From Octopus sinensis (taxonomy: Eukaryota): 64,000 nt of DNA. Below are positions 1 through 11,210 of the stretch, piece after piece. The notes beneath the pieces were generated by a model that was not told the origin of the DNA, made no database searches, and worked only from the letters and a program-made list of their open reading frames with translations. The position numbers and the translations under genes were made by a program. The stretch covers positions 13,950,001 through 14,014,000 of the forward strand of contig NC_043018.1 in assembly GCF_006345805.1 (NCBI RefSeq), given 5' to 3'. Each line of letters opens with the position of its first letter. Position 1 is the first letter of the stretch.

Positions 1-609
1 TTTCCCGAATATATTATCTTATATTTAACTTCATGGTTTAGTTTCTTAAGGAATATAATTTGCCTATTTTTGAGCGTTAATTTAAACTTTGTTTAAAATC
101 TGCTTTCAGGTACACATATAATTTAATTTTATTTCAAATTATCCAATTAGCTTTAGCATTCTCCAGTAATCGGTTCTTTTCATCGTTTGCACACTACGCT
201 GTAGTTTGTCTTTATCTCTTTTATTTCACGCCACACCTTTCTTTATCAATACGAGGAGTTCATATTAGATGCGTTCAATAGCAAGTTTCTTCTTCATACT
301 CTGTTTTTGACTGCTTCTCTGCCTTGATTATGACGGCTTTAAGCCATTTGTTTACCCTACACTACGCTTCTCAGTTCCTAGTTTTATAACACTTCCTTGT
401 AGAAGGACAGCCTTCTTACACTAACGAACAAGCCTTCTCATTTGTCCTTCCTGTCTCTATCACCCCTACTATACATTTATACCATTTTTATCCTCTATTA
501 CCTCGCCACCTACAATCGGTTTCCGTCTCACACTTCACGTTTCTATGCCTAGCTAACACACTTCTCCTGGCTTTTGTTTATTGTCCCATCTCTCTCTCTT
601 CCTTCTATA

Positions 610-823
610 TTCTTTTCTACTCTAGGCACAAGGCCTGAAATTTTTGGGGAGGAGACCAGTCGATTAGATCGACCGCAGTACCCAACTGGTACTTAATTTA
701 TCGACACCGATAGGATGAAATGCAAAGTCGACCTGGGCGAAATTTGCACTCAGAACATAAAGACAGACGAAATACCGGTAAGCATTACGGCCGGCGTGCT
801 AACATTTCTGCCAGCTGGCCACC
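610..823 (-). mobile_element. SINE family A (working name), A2 tail
   Basis: Reverse complement has the head ggtggccagctggcagaaatgttagcacgccgg, the family core gtcgactttgcatttcatcc...gtcgataaattaagtaccag and the tail aaaatttcaggccttgtgcctagagtagaaaag; it matches many other copies in the window. Confidence 0.85.
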
Positions 824-1033
824 TCATATATTCCTTATATATTAACCCATCTTTTACTCCATGCCTTGCATTTTCCATCTAATTTCACAATGCCAGTATC
901 TTACCTTGAATATTATCCGCTCGTGGTATTTTCCAATTAGCCTTCTGAAGATAGTGTTCTCTGTTAGACACCAAAGTGTTAACATTCATGTGCGTTGGTA
1001 ATATGTTTGCTTTTATAATTTTGAGTAATGTTG

Positions 1034-1245
1034 GTTTTAAATTTTGACTCAAGGCCAGCAATTTTAGGGGGGGAGCTTAGTCGATAACATCGATCTCAGT
1101 GCGCAACTGGTACTTATTTTATCGACCTTCAAATGATGGAGGGCAAAGTCGAGCATGGCGGAATTTGAACTCAAAGCTTAAGGACGAACGAAATGCCTGT
1201 AAACCTGTCACCCGGCGTGCTAATGATTCTATCAGTTCGCTACCT
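1034..1245 (-). mobile_element. SINE family A, diverged copy, A3 tail
   Basis: Same core motifs (ctggtacttattttatcgacc, gcaaagtcga, ggcggaatttgaactc on +); tail reads aaaattgctggccttgagtcaaaattt on the - strand. Confidence 0.8.
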
Positions 1246-1366
1246 TAATGCTTTTAACATCGCTGCATAATGTATATTTGGCAGGATATGCATTAAAATA
1301 TCAACCTATCACTGAAAATTCGAAGCGTTGTAAAGTTATATATACATCATGTGAATATACGTAACA

Positions 1367-1755
1367 TCTCTCTCTATATAAACGGCAGTTTGTCTGTCTG
1401 CGTGTCTGTGTGTCTGTTAGGTTGTACCCTCACCCTGACCATGGTTTTCAACCGATTCTGATGAAACTTGACACACACATAGCCCAATGTCATAATTCAA
1501 AACTAACGCAGCGAAAATTTTGAAAAGTTCCCCCAGTTCTGAAAAAAATCGATAAATTCGACATGGGGTCGAGAATCAGAAACACAAACCACAGACTGTC
1601 TAAGGGATGCAACTCGACCTTTTTAACTCTCAAAAAAAAAAATTACCATAATTTTTTTCCCCATTTTTTTTTGCTATTTTTTGGCTATAACTCTCTAAAA
1701 ATGCTTTATAGTTATTTTCCTTACAAACCCGAGCAACGCCGGGCGATGCTGCTAG
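1367..1755 (+). mobile_element. Non-autonomous Helitron, complete termini
   Basis: Inserted between A1366 and T1756; begins 5'-TC (tctctctctatataaa), ends CTAG (1752-1755); GC hairpin cccgagcaacgccggg at 1728-1743 lies 8 nt before CTAG; no TSD. These are canonical Helitron hallmarks. Confidence 0.85.
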
Positions 1756-2431
1756 TCTCATATAAATGGCTTCCTTGCAACGATGGCTGTTTACCCATCT
1801 TCTGTATTTGATATCTACTCGAATTTTGTCTCTTTTAGTCATCTCGTATTCTGACGTACTTTAATTTCAAAAGTTAGTGTTTAAGAATTCCATTCCTCCG
1901 AGCTATAACACGGTGCGTCACTGTACGATACTTGCACCAGCAACTTTACTCAGCCATAACCAAACACAAACACATATACATACACATACAATTACACAAA
2001 TGCACATACACATGCACACTAAACACACACATATACGCATACACACGCACACATTTATGCACTGGCATACATACATACAAAAATAAATACATACATAAAT
2101 GCACACATATATTGATATATGAATGGATGGACGGATGGATGGACGGATGGATAGATGGACGGATGAGTCTAAGGATAAACGGATAGACGTGTGAATAGAT
2201 GGATGTGCTCTCGAGTGTAAAAGAAGAAATGCTGGAGTATATTCACACCTTGCATACCACCTTGCATAAATACATGCCTATATGCTTACATATATACATA
2301 GCTCTTATATCTAGAAATATATGTGCTTGTATCACATACAGGTACAATGAGTGGCGACAAAATTTCGCCTGCAGCCTATACGGTCCATAATGCGCCCAGT
2401 TCCCCACATCTATTTCATATTATATATATAT

Positions 2432-2730
2432 GTGGAGGCGCAATGGCCCAGTGGTTAGGGCAGCGGACTCGCGGTCGTAGGATCGCGGTTTCGATTCCAA
2501 GACCGGGCGTTGTGAGTGTTTATTGAGCGAAAACACCACGAGGCTCCAGCAGGGGGTGGTGATCCTTGCTGTACTGTTTCACCACTCTTTCTCTCACTCT
2601 TTCTTCTGTTGGCCTGCTCGCTTCGCCAGCGGGGTGGCGTCATTTGAAGGCTAAAACAATGCAAAGCGCATTGTGACCAGCGATGTGTAGCAACATTTGA
2701 TGGTCTGGTAGGTCACGTGATCACGTGATA
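2432..2730 (+). mobile_element. tRNA(Arg)-like SINE family B, B1 tail
   Basis: Head gtggaggcgcaatggcccagtggttagggcagcggactcgcggtcgtaggatcgcggtttcgattcc with Pol III A box (tggcccagtgg) and B box (gtttcgattcc); tail ends ggtcacgtgatcacgtgata. Confidence 0.9.
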
Positions 2731-2845
2731 TGTATATGTATGTATATGTATATATATATATATTATATATATATATATATACATATACATATACATATCA
2801 CGCGTATATATATATACACGCATACATACATGCATGCATATATGT

Positions 2846-2890
<45 letters not shown>

Positions 2891-2997
2891 TAATATATAT
2901 ATATATATGTGTGTATGTATGTTATATATATATATATATATTGATAAAAACGGTAAGGCAACAAAAGAAAGAAAGAGACCTCGGATATATATGTATT

Positions 2998-3041
<44 letters not shown>
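2725..3041. repeat. Compound (TA)n/(TG)n microsatellite
   Basis: Direct reading. Confidence 0.95.
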
Positions 3042-3042
<1 letters not shown>

Positions 3043-3514
3043 GGTTGGATGGAAGTTCTGGGGAATATGAGTTTTCGTGGACTGTTTACCGGCGATGTGG
3101 GGTTTATGTAAATGCCTACACGCCTACTGTTTATAAAAGAATAAGTAGTTTCTTGAAGTAGGAGATATTGATTTGTGTCAAAGAATACAGATTCTCAGCT
3201 ATCAGATGAAAATGCGAGAAAGAAAAAGAAAAAAAAAAAGCAACTGAGAGACAGATAGGGAGAGAAAGAGAGAAAGAGAGAAAGAGAGAAAGAGGAAAAT
3301 ATTTAAATGACTCCTGGAGGAAATCTTTAGAATGTTTTCCAATGGATAGAGTAGACGCTGTGTAAACTATGAGAATTCTTGCCCCAACATTATCGAGGAG
3401 CAAAACATAATGCAAAAAAATATATCCAACACACTGTTAATCAAGTAAGCATTGACAGTAACAATAGAATGTAGCAATAGAAGATAAACAGGACTTAGGT
3501 AGATGTGAAAGCAA

Positions 3515-3585
3515 ATGATAATAATAATAAGAATGACGATAATAGATGATGATGATGATGATGATGTTGGTGGTGGTGGTAGTGG

Positions 3586-3623
<38 letters not shown>

Positions 3624-3739
3624 GTGGTGATGATGACGATGATGATGAGGATGACGAAGATGACGATGATGGTGGTGGTGATGATGATGATGACGATGAT
3701 GACGATGATGATGATGATGATGATGATGATGACGATGAC

Positions 3740-3771
<32 letters not shown>

Positions 3772-3787
3772 CGACGATGATGGTGAC

Positions 3788-3825
<38 letters not shown>

Positions 3826-3878
3826 CGACGATGATGGTGATGATGATGATGATGATGATGATGATGACGATGACGACT
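3515..3878. repeat. Compound trinucleotide array (AAT/GAT/GGT/GAC)
   Basis: Direct reading; source of the spurious poly-D, poly-M and poly-I ORFs. Confidence 0.95.
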
Positions 3879-3884
3879 CTAAAC

Positions 3885-4667
3885 AACAGAATACGATAGA
3901 CGCAACGTTAACCCTGAAGAACAGAATGCTATAGAGGAGTTAGAACCTGCGGAGACCTACAAATACCTAATGGTATTTGAATGTGATGGAATCAAACATT
4001 CAAACATTCAATGATGAGGGAAAAGATTGGAGAAGAATGTTATGGCAGGGTCAGGGAATACTGAAGACAGTGCTAAAAACCCAAGAAACAGGCCCGAAAC
4101 TTACAGTTTCAATATTATTAACTGGACAATTATTGAATACTGTAAGCTTGACAGAAAAATACGAAAACTGTTGACAATGAATAGAATGCACTGCTTTGAG
4201 GCAGATATTGAATGATATTACTTGCCAAGAAAAGAAGGTGGATGTGGACTTTTACAACTGGAATACACAATGATTTTTTACCACAAATGGCCAAAACCCT
4301 CACCTGAGAAACTGATGATTGGATGTTAAGACTTGTCTTAAAGCATGGAAACAAGAAAACTTCATACTCAGTAACTAAACAAGCAAAGAAATATCGAAGC
4401 GAATTCCAAATACAAGAAATCCAAGAATTAGACGTACAGAAAACAAATATTCTTACTAATAAATGGCAAGAAAAACCCCTCAGTGGCAAATACCCAAAGA
4501 GAGCGAATAATGCTGATGTTGACAAAGCAATTACCTATGAATGGTTAGTGTCTTCTGACTTAAAATCAAAGACAGAAATGTTGAGCATAGCAGCCCAAGA
4601 CCAATGCCTACCTACAAGCAGCTGCTAAGCCAACATATTAAAAATGGCAGTAGCCCAACATGTAATG
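3885..4667 (+). mobile_element. R4/Dong-like (RLE-type) LINE fragment, post-RT region, left part
   Basis: Frameshifted translation gives ELEPAETYKYL, YSFNIINWT..KLDRKIRKLLTMNRMH, YLPRKEGGCGLLQLE, WQEKPLSGKY..ADVDKAITYEWL..DLKSKTE..IAAQDQCLPT, NGSSPTC; these match motifs I recall for R4/Dong-like ORFs. Multiple stops. Confidence 0.8.
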
Positions 4668-5102
4668 TCATCATCATCATCATTGTTCGACCGTGGTCGA
4701 GACAATGGAATTTACCATGCTACCCCAGACTTCACGGTCCATCATGGCATTACGGAGGTCCTGTTGCTGGATGCCTGTATCCCTGGAGATTACATCAGGG
4801 TAGGAGAGTGTGCGCCCTCTGGTATTGCGAGTAGATGGCTTCCAGAGGAGAAGAGTAGAAATTACTTCTTTTTCAGCTCTACAACAATGTGCAGCAAACT
4901 GGACTCTCCCACCTTTCACAGGAGATGACACAGGTGGTAGTTTCCCATATATTTGCATTTTGGTTGGATGACGCTTCCACGAAAGATTTTGAGCTCTAAT
5001 ACGGAGGCGAGTGTAGGTTCCATCCAACCGCCTCTCAAGCTTCTTTGATAACGTCCATGTTTCTAAGCCATATAGTAGAATTGGTTCGACTGTGGCTTTG
5101 AA
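4666..5102 (-). mobile_element. RTE-clade LINE, 5'-truncated 3' end with (TGA)n tail
   Basis: FKATVEPILLYGLETWTLSKKLERRLDGTYTRL...RVQFAAHCCR...LLLWKP...MDREVW followed by a stop and tgatgatgatga tail; reading frame is open. Confidence 0.85.
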
Positions 5103-5190
5103 ACCATTGATCATGTTGTCTCCATGTACAGCCTTCTTGCGCCTACAAAGCATTTCAATAGTCATGATAGGTCAGCACAGTATATTGTCT
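5097..5190 (+). mobile_element. R4/Dong-like LINE fragment, right part (CCHC region)
   Basis: Translates FETIDHVVSMYSLLAPTKHFNSHDRSAQYI, the expected continuation after SPTC at ~4660. Confidence 0.75.
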
Positions 5191-5413
5191 ATCTAACCCC
5201 CAAAACAATTTAATCTGCAAAAAGTAACAAAACACTAATCACTAGCAGAAGTAATCGGGGAGCATCGTAGCCGTGTGTTGAGAGGAATTCTTTGGGACTT
5301 GAAAAAGACCCCTCTGGAAAGATGGGGCAGGAATCTGTTAAGGACTTACTGATCAGATGACCGTAACAGATTCCTACCTCCCAGAGGTGAAGAATTACAT
5401 TTGTCTTCGGCTT

Positions 5414-5476
5414 TAGAATCTGACGAGGCTTCCATGGGGCTCGGCCTTTGTGGACGCGAAACTCTTGGTCATTCTA
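5414..5476 (+). ncRNA. Type I hammerhead ribozyme motif
   Basis: Stem I tagaat (5414-5419)/attcta (5471-5476); core CTGACGA (5420-5426) plus one extra G; stem II gcttcca/tggacgc closed by a further ggggc-tcg-gcctt hairpin; GAAA (5458-5461); minimal stem III AC..GT; cleavage triplet GTC ending at 5470. Confidence 0.7.
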
Positions 5477-5602
5477 TGGCCTATGACCGGATATAGATTT
5501 AACTACATATATACAGACATATGTATACATATATATGTGTGTGTGTGTGTGTATACATACAGAGATACATAGGTGTGTATATGGTATACATTAATCCTGT
5601 CA

Positions 5603-5772
5603 CTCACATCAACAAAACTTGCCTGACGTATTAGACTGCGTTTCCACCGCCACCACCACCAACACCACCACCACCACCACCACCACCACCACCACACCAC
5701 CACCACCGCCACCACAACCACCACCACCACCACCACCACTACCACCACCACCACCGCCGCCGCCGCCGCCGC
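5603..5772. repeat. (CAC)n/(CCG)n array
   Basis: Direct reading. Confidence 0.9.
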
Positions 5773-6131
5773 AGTAACCAAGTATATATCACATGATTAC
5801 AGCCCGCTCCCTTTTTATGTTTATAAGAATGGATGGAAGTTGTGATGAAGTTTATGAATGTTTTGATAACAATAGCGACCTTCACTTTACACACACATGG
5901 CCGCGCACACACACACAAAACTGTATAGGGGAGGAAAAAAAACAAACGGAAAGATCGATAGACTGACAGATAGACAATCAGACAGACAGACAGACAGACA
6001 GACAGATAGATAAAATGGGAGAGAGAGAGAGAGAGAGGGAAAAAAACAACAGAATATAGCGTATTCTTTGCCATTGTTCATTCTCCTTCGTAGTTTCTAC
6101 AGATTTTATTCAAGAACACACTAGTATATAT

Positions 6132-6167
<36 letters not shown>

Positions 6168-6381
6168 CGTGTGTGTGTACTGATTCAAGTGGGCTTTGCT
6201 CAGCATGCCTATTAGATATGCGATATTATAAACGTGACAATTTCATCATTTTTTCAACGCAGCTGCATGTTTTTCTCACCCAGCTGGACGTTGTACAGTT
6301 TAACATACAATAGACTTTAGAATAACGATGCTGAGTGGGTTAGCCTGAAAAAACTTATTAAACTTCACTAGATGTATAAAT

Positions 6382-6770
6382 GTGGAGGCGCAATGGCTCA
6401 ATGGTTAGGGCAGCGGACTCGCGGTCATAGGATCGCGGTTTCGATTCCCAGACCGGGCGTTGTGAGTGTTTATTGAGCGAAAACACCTAAAGCTCCACGA
6501 GGCTCCGGCAGGGGATGGTGGTGATCCCTGCTGTACTCTCTCATCACAACTTTCTCTCACTCTTACTTCCTGTTTCTGTTGTACCTGTATTTCAAAGGGC
6601 CGGCCTTGTCACTCTCTGTGTCACGCTGAATATCCCCGAGAACTACGTTAAGGGTACACGTGTCTGTGGAGTGCTCAGCCACTTACACATTAATTTCACG
6701 AGCAGGCTGTTCCGTTGATTCGGATCAACCGGAACCCTCGTCGTCGTAACCGACGGAGTGCTTCCATTCC
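6382..6770 (+). mobile_element. SINE family B, B2 tail, full length
   Basis: Same tRNA-like head as 2432; distinct tail ...gagcaggctgttccgttgattcggatcaaccggaaccctcgtcgtcgtaaccgacggagtgc ending in ttccattcc. Confidence 0.9.
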
Positions 6771-7057
6771 AGGGCAGCAGACTCGCGGTCGTAGGATCGC
6801 GGTTTCAATTCCCAGACCGGGCGTTGTGAGTGTTTATTGAGCGAAAACACCCAAAAGCTCCACGAGGCTCCGACAGGGGGTGGTGATCCCTGCTGTACTC
6901 TTTCGCTACAACTTTCTCTCACTCTTTCTTCCGTTGGCCTGCTCGCTTAGCCAGCGGGGTGGCGTCATTCGAAGGCTAAAACAATGCAAAGCGCATTGTG
7001 ACCAGCGATGTGTAGCAACATCTGATAGCCTGGTCGATCACGATGATCACGGTGATA
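6771..7057 (+). mobile_element. SINE family B, B1 tail, 5'-truncated, directly abutting the B2 copy
   Basis: Starts at agggcagcagactcgcggtc (A box missing); tail matches 2432-2730. Confidence 0.9.
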
Positions 7058-7391
7058 TCTATAAATAATGTATGTCTTTTTCTCCACTGCTCAAATTCAC
7101 TCACATACATTGTTTCATTATTTTACATGCAACTTGCACGACGGGACAAATCCTTCTTTGCTTAATGAGTGTGGGTTGAGGTAGGGGTGGGGCTGGTTGT
7201 CAAAAGTTTCGGAACCTTCAAAATTATCGCTTCCAATTGCGGCGCCGAGTAGCATTGAAGCTAGCAATGATTGCACAATTTTTTTGTTAATACTCTCTCT
7301 ATGTTCCTGTTATTCATGGCCCACCACATCAAACTGGGGTGGGGGTTGAGGTTTGTTGAAATCACCTTTATCAGGTCTGTCTCTTGTTTTC

Positions 7392-7640
7392 ATATTTTTT
7401 TTACTTATTTCAGTCATTTGACTGCCGCCACGCAGGAGCACCGCCTTGAAGCTAAGAAATCGACTCTAGGACTTAGTTTTTTTAGAGCCTTGTACTTATT
7501 TTATTGGTTAGTTTTGTCGAATCGATAAGTTACGGGGCTCTTAAAAACACACCAACGTCGGTATTCAAATTGTGTTGGTGGAGGCACAAACACAGATACA
7601 AAGGCACAGCCACATAGAAACACACACACAACACACACAC

Positions 7641-7671
<31 letters not shown>

Positions 7672-7842
7672 GTGACGGGCTTCTTTTAATTTCCATCCAC
7701 CAAACCTACTCACCAGCTCACAAGGCTTTGGTTGGCTGGAGGCCTATAACAGAAGACAGTTGCCCCAGCTGTCACGCAGGCTGAACCCAGGACCATGTGG
7801 TTGGGAAGCCATTTTCTTACCACAGCGCCATACCTGCGCCTA
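7392..7842 (-). mobile_element. SINE family C (CORE-like central domain, internal microsatellite)
   Basis: - strand: ggcgcaggtatggcgctgtggtaagaaaatggcttcccaaccacatggtcctgggttcagcc head, internal (TG)n/(TA)n, tail ...gcggcagtcaaatgactgaaaataagtaaa. Confidence 0.8.
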
Positions 7843-7896
7843 TAGCCAAGCCTGTGCCTATGATTCAGGATCCTCGATTTAGTCTCTCACCTTGTT

Positions 7897-8216
7897 TTTT
7901 TTTTATTTATTCATGCGCCCTTTTCAAGCCTATCCAGGCTCATGGGCCCGATTTCCCGGTTTCTATGGCGCATGTGTTCCCCCAGCTGGACGGGACGCCA
8001 GTCCATCGCAGTGTTTCTCAAGAAACAGGAAGAAAGAATGAGAGAAAGTTGGGGCGAAAGAGTACAACAGGGGTCGCCACCACCCTCTACCGGAGTCTCG
8101 TGAAGCTTTAGGAGTTTTCGCTCAATAAACACACACAACGCCCGGTTTGGGAATCGAAACCGCGAACCACCGACCGCGAGTCCGCTGCCCTAACCGCTGG
8201 GCCATTGCGCCTCCAC
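7897..8216 (-). mobile_element. SINE family B, B3 tail (V-domain-like segment)
   Basis: tRNA-like head at 8216; contains gcgatggactggcgtcccgtccag, resembling the V-SINE conserved domain (recalled, not searched); A-rich end. Confidence 0.85.
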
Positions 8217-8427
8217 CCTCTCGCCTTGTTTAACTGACTGTATTTTGCTTAATTGCCGCTATGTTTCTGTGAGAGATTAACGTGGTTTTTTCTTCTTCCA
8301 TATGTCTTGGTGGCCCCGAAAACGCAATACAAAATCTGAGTGTTGCCCTCCCCCCCCTTATTTGAAAAAAAAAGTTGTTATTATTGCTAATACTGTTGGT
8401 TTTGGTAATGTTTGAGTTATCATTTTT

Positions 8428-8838
8428 GGCGGGATGGCTGTGTCATTAATACTTTGCTTCCCAACCACATAATCCCGTGTTCAGTCCCACTGCGTCGTAT
8501 CTTGGGCAGGCGGCATGGGCCGACCAATGTGAGCGGATTTGGTGGGCGGAAACTGAAAGAAGCCCGTTGTATATATATATAAATATGTATGTATGTGTAT
8601 GTGTGGTGTGTAAATGTATGTGTACGTCTTTATACTTGTCTTTGTCTCCTAACCCCATCACAACCGGTTTGGGTTTCTTTATGTCCCTGTAACTTAGGAG
8701 TTTGGTATAAAAAAAAAAGCAGTAGAGAGAATACCCGACTTTAAAATAATACTTGGATCGATTCGTTCGACTAAAACCTGTCATAGTGGCGCCCCAGCAT
8801 GGCCGCATGTCAAATGACTCAAACAGTAAAACGAAGAA
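8428..8838 (+). mobile_element. SINE family C, diverged
   Basis: gcttcccaaccaca..gttcagtcccactgcg..cttgggcag; ggaaactgaaagaagccc; tail ccagcatggccgcatgtcaaatgactc. Confidence 0.8.
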
Positions 8839-9033
8839 TCCTGTTGCTTTCGCTTTTCTTCATGTTATTATTATTATTGTCATTGTCAATGCTGTTATTC
8901 ATGTTGTTGCCGCTCCTGTTTTCCTGTGTTCAGATATTAAAGTTCTGTTTCTTTTAATAATTTTTAGTTTCTATAATGAAAACTAATTTCAGTTTTCTGT
9001 CAGCTGGGAATGAACAATCTCTCAGTTAAGTTA

Positions 9034-9365
9034 TTAGGTTTGTGCAAAAATAATTGTGATTTTTTATACTTATTTTAGAATAAACTATATTCAAGCAATA
9101 TATCATTTGGAAGCGCATATTTTGGTTTATTGATTTATAGAAATAGTGTTTTTCTTTAAGTGTTTATTCTGGTTTATTTTAGGCTGTCAAATTAATGACA
9201 AAAAAACTCCAGTGATTTTATTGTGTGAGGTAAAAATGGAACGCAAAATTTAGAAAACTGGTCCCAGTTTGACAATAACTTTTGCGAAAGAAACTTCAAC
9301 AAACACCTATCGATACTGGTTCCAAAATTTTGGAGTTGGAGATGAGTTCCTTGCAGATTACGCTG
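9034..9365 (+). mobile_element. mariner 5' remnant (TIR plus N-terminal HTH)
   Basis: TA followed by ttaggtttgtgcaaaaataattgtgattttt (Hsmar1/MADE-like TIR); decayed ORF MTKK..ILLCEVKM...YRYWFQNFGVGDEFLAD. Confidence 0.65.
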
Positions 9366-9543
9366 CTTTGGACTTTAGCTGTTCCTTCTAGCGTAAGGGA
9401 ATCCTATGATTGCTACCTCATAATGTGTTTAAACATACACTGTATTTTATATGAATATTATATAGTCTATTGACTAATTTTTCTTTATGCTATGCCACTG
9501 GTAGTAAGAATTTCTAAAATCTTTATTACTCTGATATTAATTA

Positions 9544-9599
<56 letters not shown>

Positions 9600-10025
9600 G
9601 TATGTATGTGTATGTATGTATGTATGTATGTATGTATGTATGTATGTATGTATGTATGTATGCATGTATGTATGTATGTATCTATCTATCTCTCTCTCTC
9701 TCTCCCTATATATATATATAATATATATATATATATATACATTATTTTAATTAAACATCTTGAAACCAATTACATATTAATAGTCTAATGGCCTTTTGCA
9801 TAATTCAGTTAATTATCCTCATTTCTCGTTAATTACTCAGATCTTAATGACATTGTATAATGGCAGATATCCTTCAATGTCGTCTAATTATTGCATGATA
9901 ACTTAGGCAATGTCAGCTTAGTTGCGGATTCTGACTTGATAGCGTGGATTATTTAAGATATGGTGTCTCACATGGTCCAGGGGCGATCGATAGTTCAATA
10001 CAGATTACAACTCTCAGTACATTAA

Positions 10026-10248
10026 CCCTTTCGCATTAAGATTACCATATCGAATATAATACTTATCTGTTCACATTGTTTTTTTGATTTAACCGCCCAT
10101 TATTTCGTTCCTTGGAGATTTTTATGAACCGGTTCTTTACTTTTAGAATGATATTATAGGTAGGCCTGAGAAGGTGGTCCTGGCCAGTTTGATCATAACA
10201 CAGAATATTTGGGTCATGTTGATTTGGGCCAGTTTCAATGCCAAAGGA
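10026..10248. mobile_element. piggyBac-type MITE
   Basis: TTAA on both sides (10022-10025, 10249-10252); TIRs ccctttcgcatt / aatgccaaagga (2 mismatches in 12); no ORF. Confidence 0.75.
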
Positions 10249-10819
10249 TTAAACACGTGCAAAAAAATAACAGGAATCAGTGAGAGCGTGTCTCTTTGTG
10301 GTTATTCAGTTTGCTAAAAATAGCAGGCATGTTTATTTCAAAATCGCACTGTAGCGTCTCAAATAAGTAAACGAGACATTGATAACACGACTTTTAGTGC
10401 CAAGAAATAAAACACGTCATTTTTTTTTGGCTAATTTGATGGTGCTGATTCCGAAAATGACGTTAGTCTTTCATGGTTAACTACCGTTTTTGCTGTACTG
10501 AAATTGCTCATTTTTGGAAAAAAAGATCAATTTCCTATCTTGGCTGATCACAAAATTTAGTTAAAAAAGGTAGTAGAAACCCATGAATTTTCAGGTAGGC
10601 CGAGCAATTTATGTCAGCCACCTGAAATAAACTATTTTTATAAGGAAAAAAAAAAGTGTTTTTGAGTCAAAACTTAAAATAGAAGTACCGAATTTTTCCA
10701 ATGTATTGCCAAAATTGAAATTACCTGATAAACTTTATCAGTAGTACACTTTAGAAAACCTGATAATTATAAATGTTTGGTAATGACTGAAAGAGTACAA
10801 CCATCGATAGAATGGGCTA

Positions 10820-11210
10820 AAACAGGTTCCCCCCGAAGGATTTCTGGAGTAACATTGTTCGACAAGGTGCGTAGCACGGAGATCAGCATGTCCCTCTAGG
10901 TGGAGCCACTACTTCTCCACATTGAGGAACCAGGACTCCAGTGTTACGAACGTGATTAGGATATCGCAGGAAAGAATCGTAAGACTGATTCTTCAAATTG
11001 AGTCAACCAGCAATAGAACTCGGGTGGACGATGAAAGAGGTGCTTTGATAATGTCCAGAATCTAAGTTACTGACGTTTAAGATTACACCCGGAGAATGTA
11101 ATAACGGTAGCGTCTGATATGATCGAATGTAAGATGTACTTAATGATTCTATTTCCACAACACTCCAAAGATTAGTCGACAGAAGAGATGAAAGAATGGA
11201 TGGATGGATA
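10820..11210 (+). mobile_element. RTE-clade (Rex3/Expander-like) LINE 3' end
   Basis: RRISGVTLFDKVRSTEI..L*VEPLLLHIE...QERIVRLIL; ends in a (GGAT)n tail. Confidence 0.7.

Noticed and set aside
2432-2500. Apparent tRNA-Arg gene
   Set aside because: No complete cloverleaf or acceptor stem; it continues into SINE body and is multicopy.
2713-3161. YI/IY/VC-rich ORFs throughout the track
   Set aside because: (TA)n, (TG)n and (TATG)n microsatellites lack stop codons in some frames.
3437-3934. Poly-Asp, poly-Met and poly-Ile ORFs (also 13464-13800)
   Set aside because: They are translations of (GAT)n arrays open in several frames; no coding signal.
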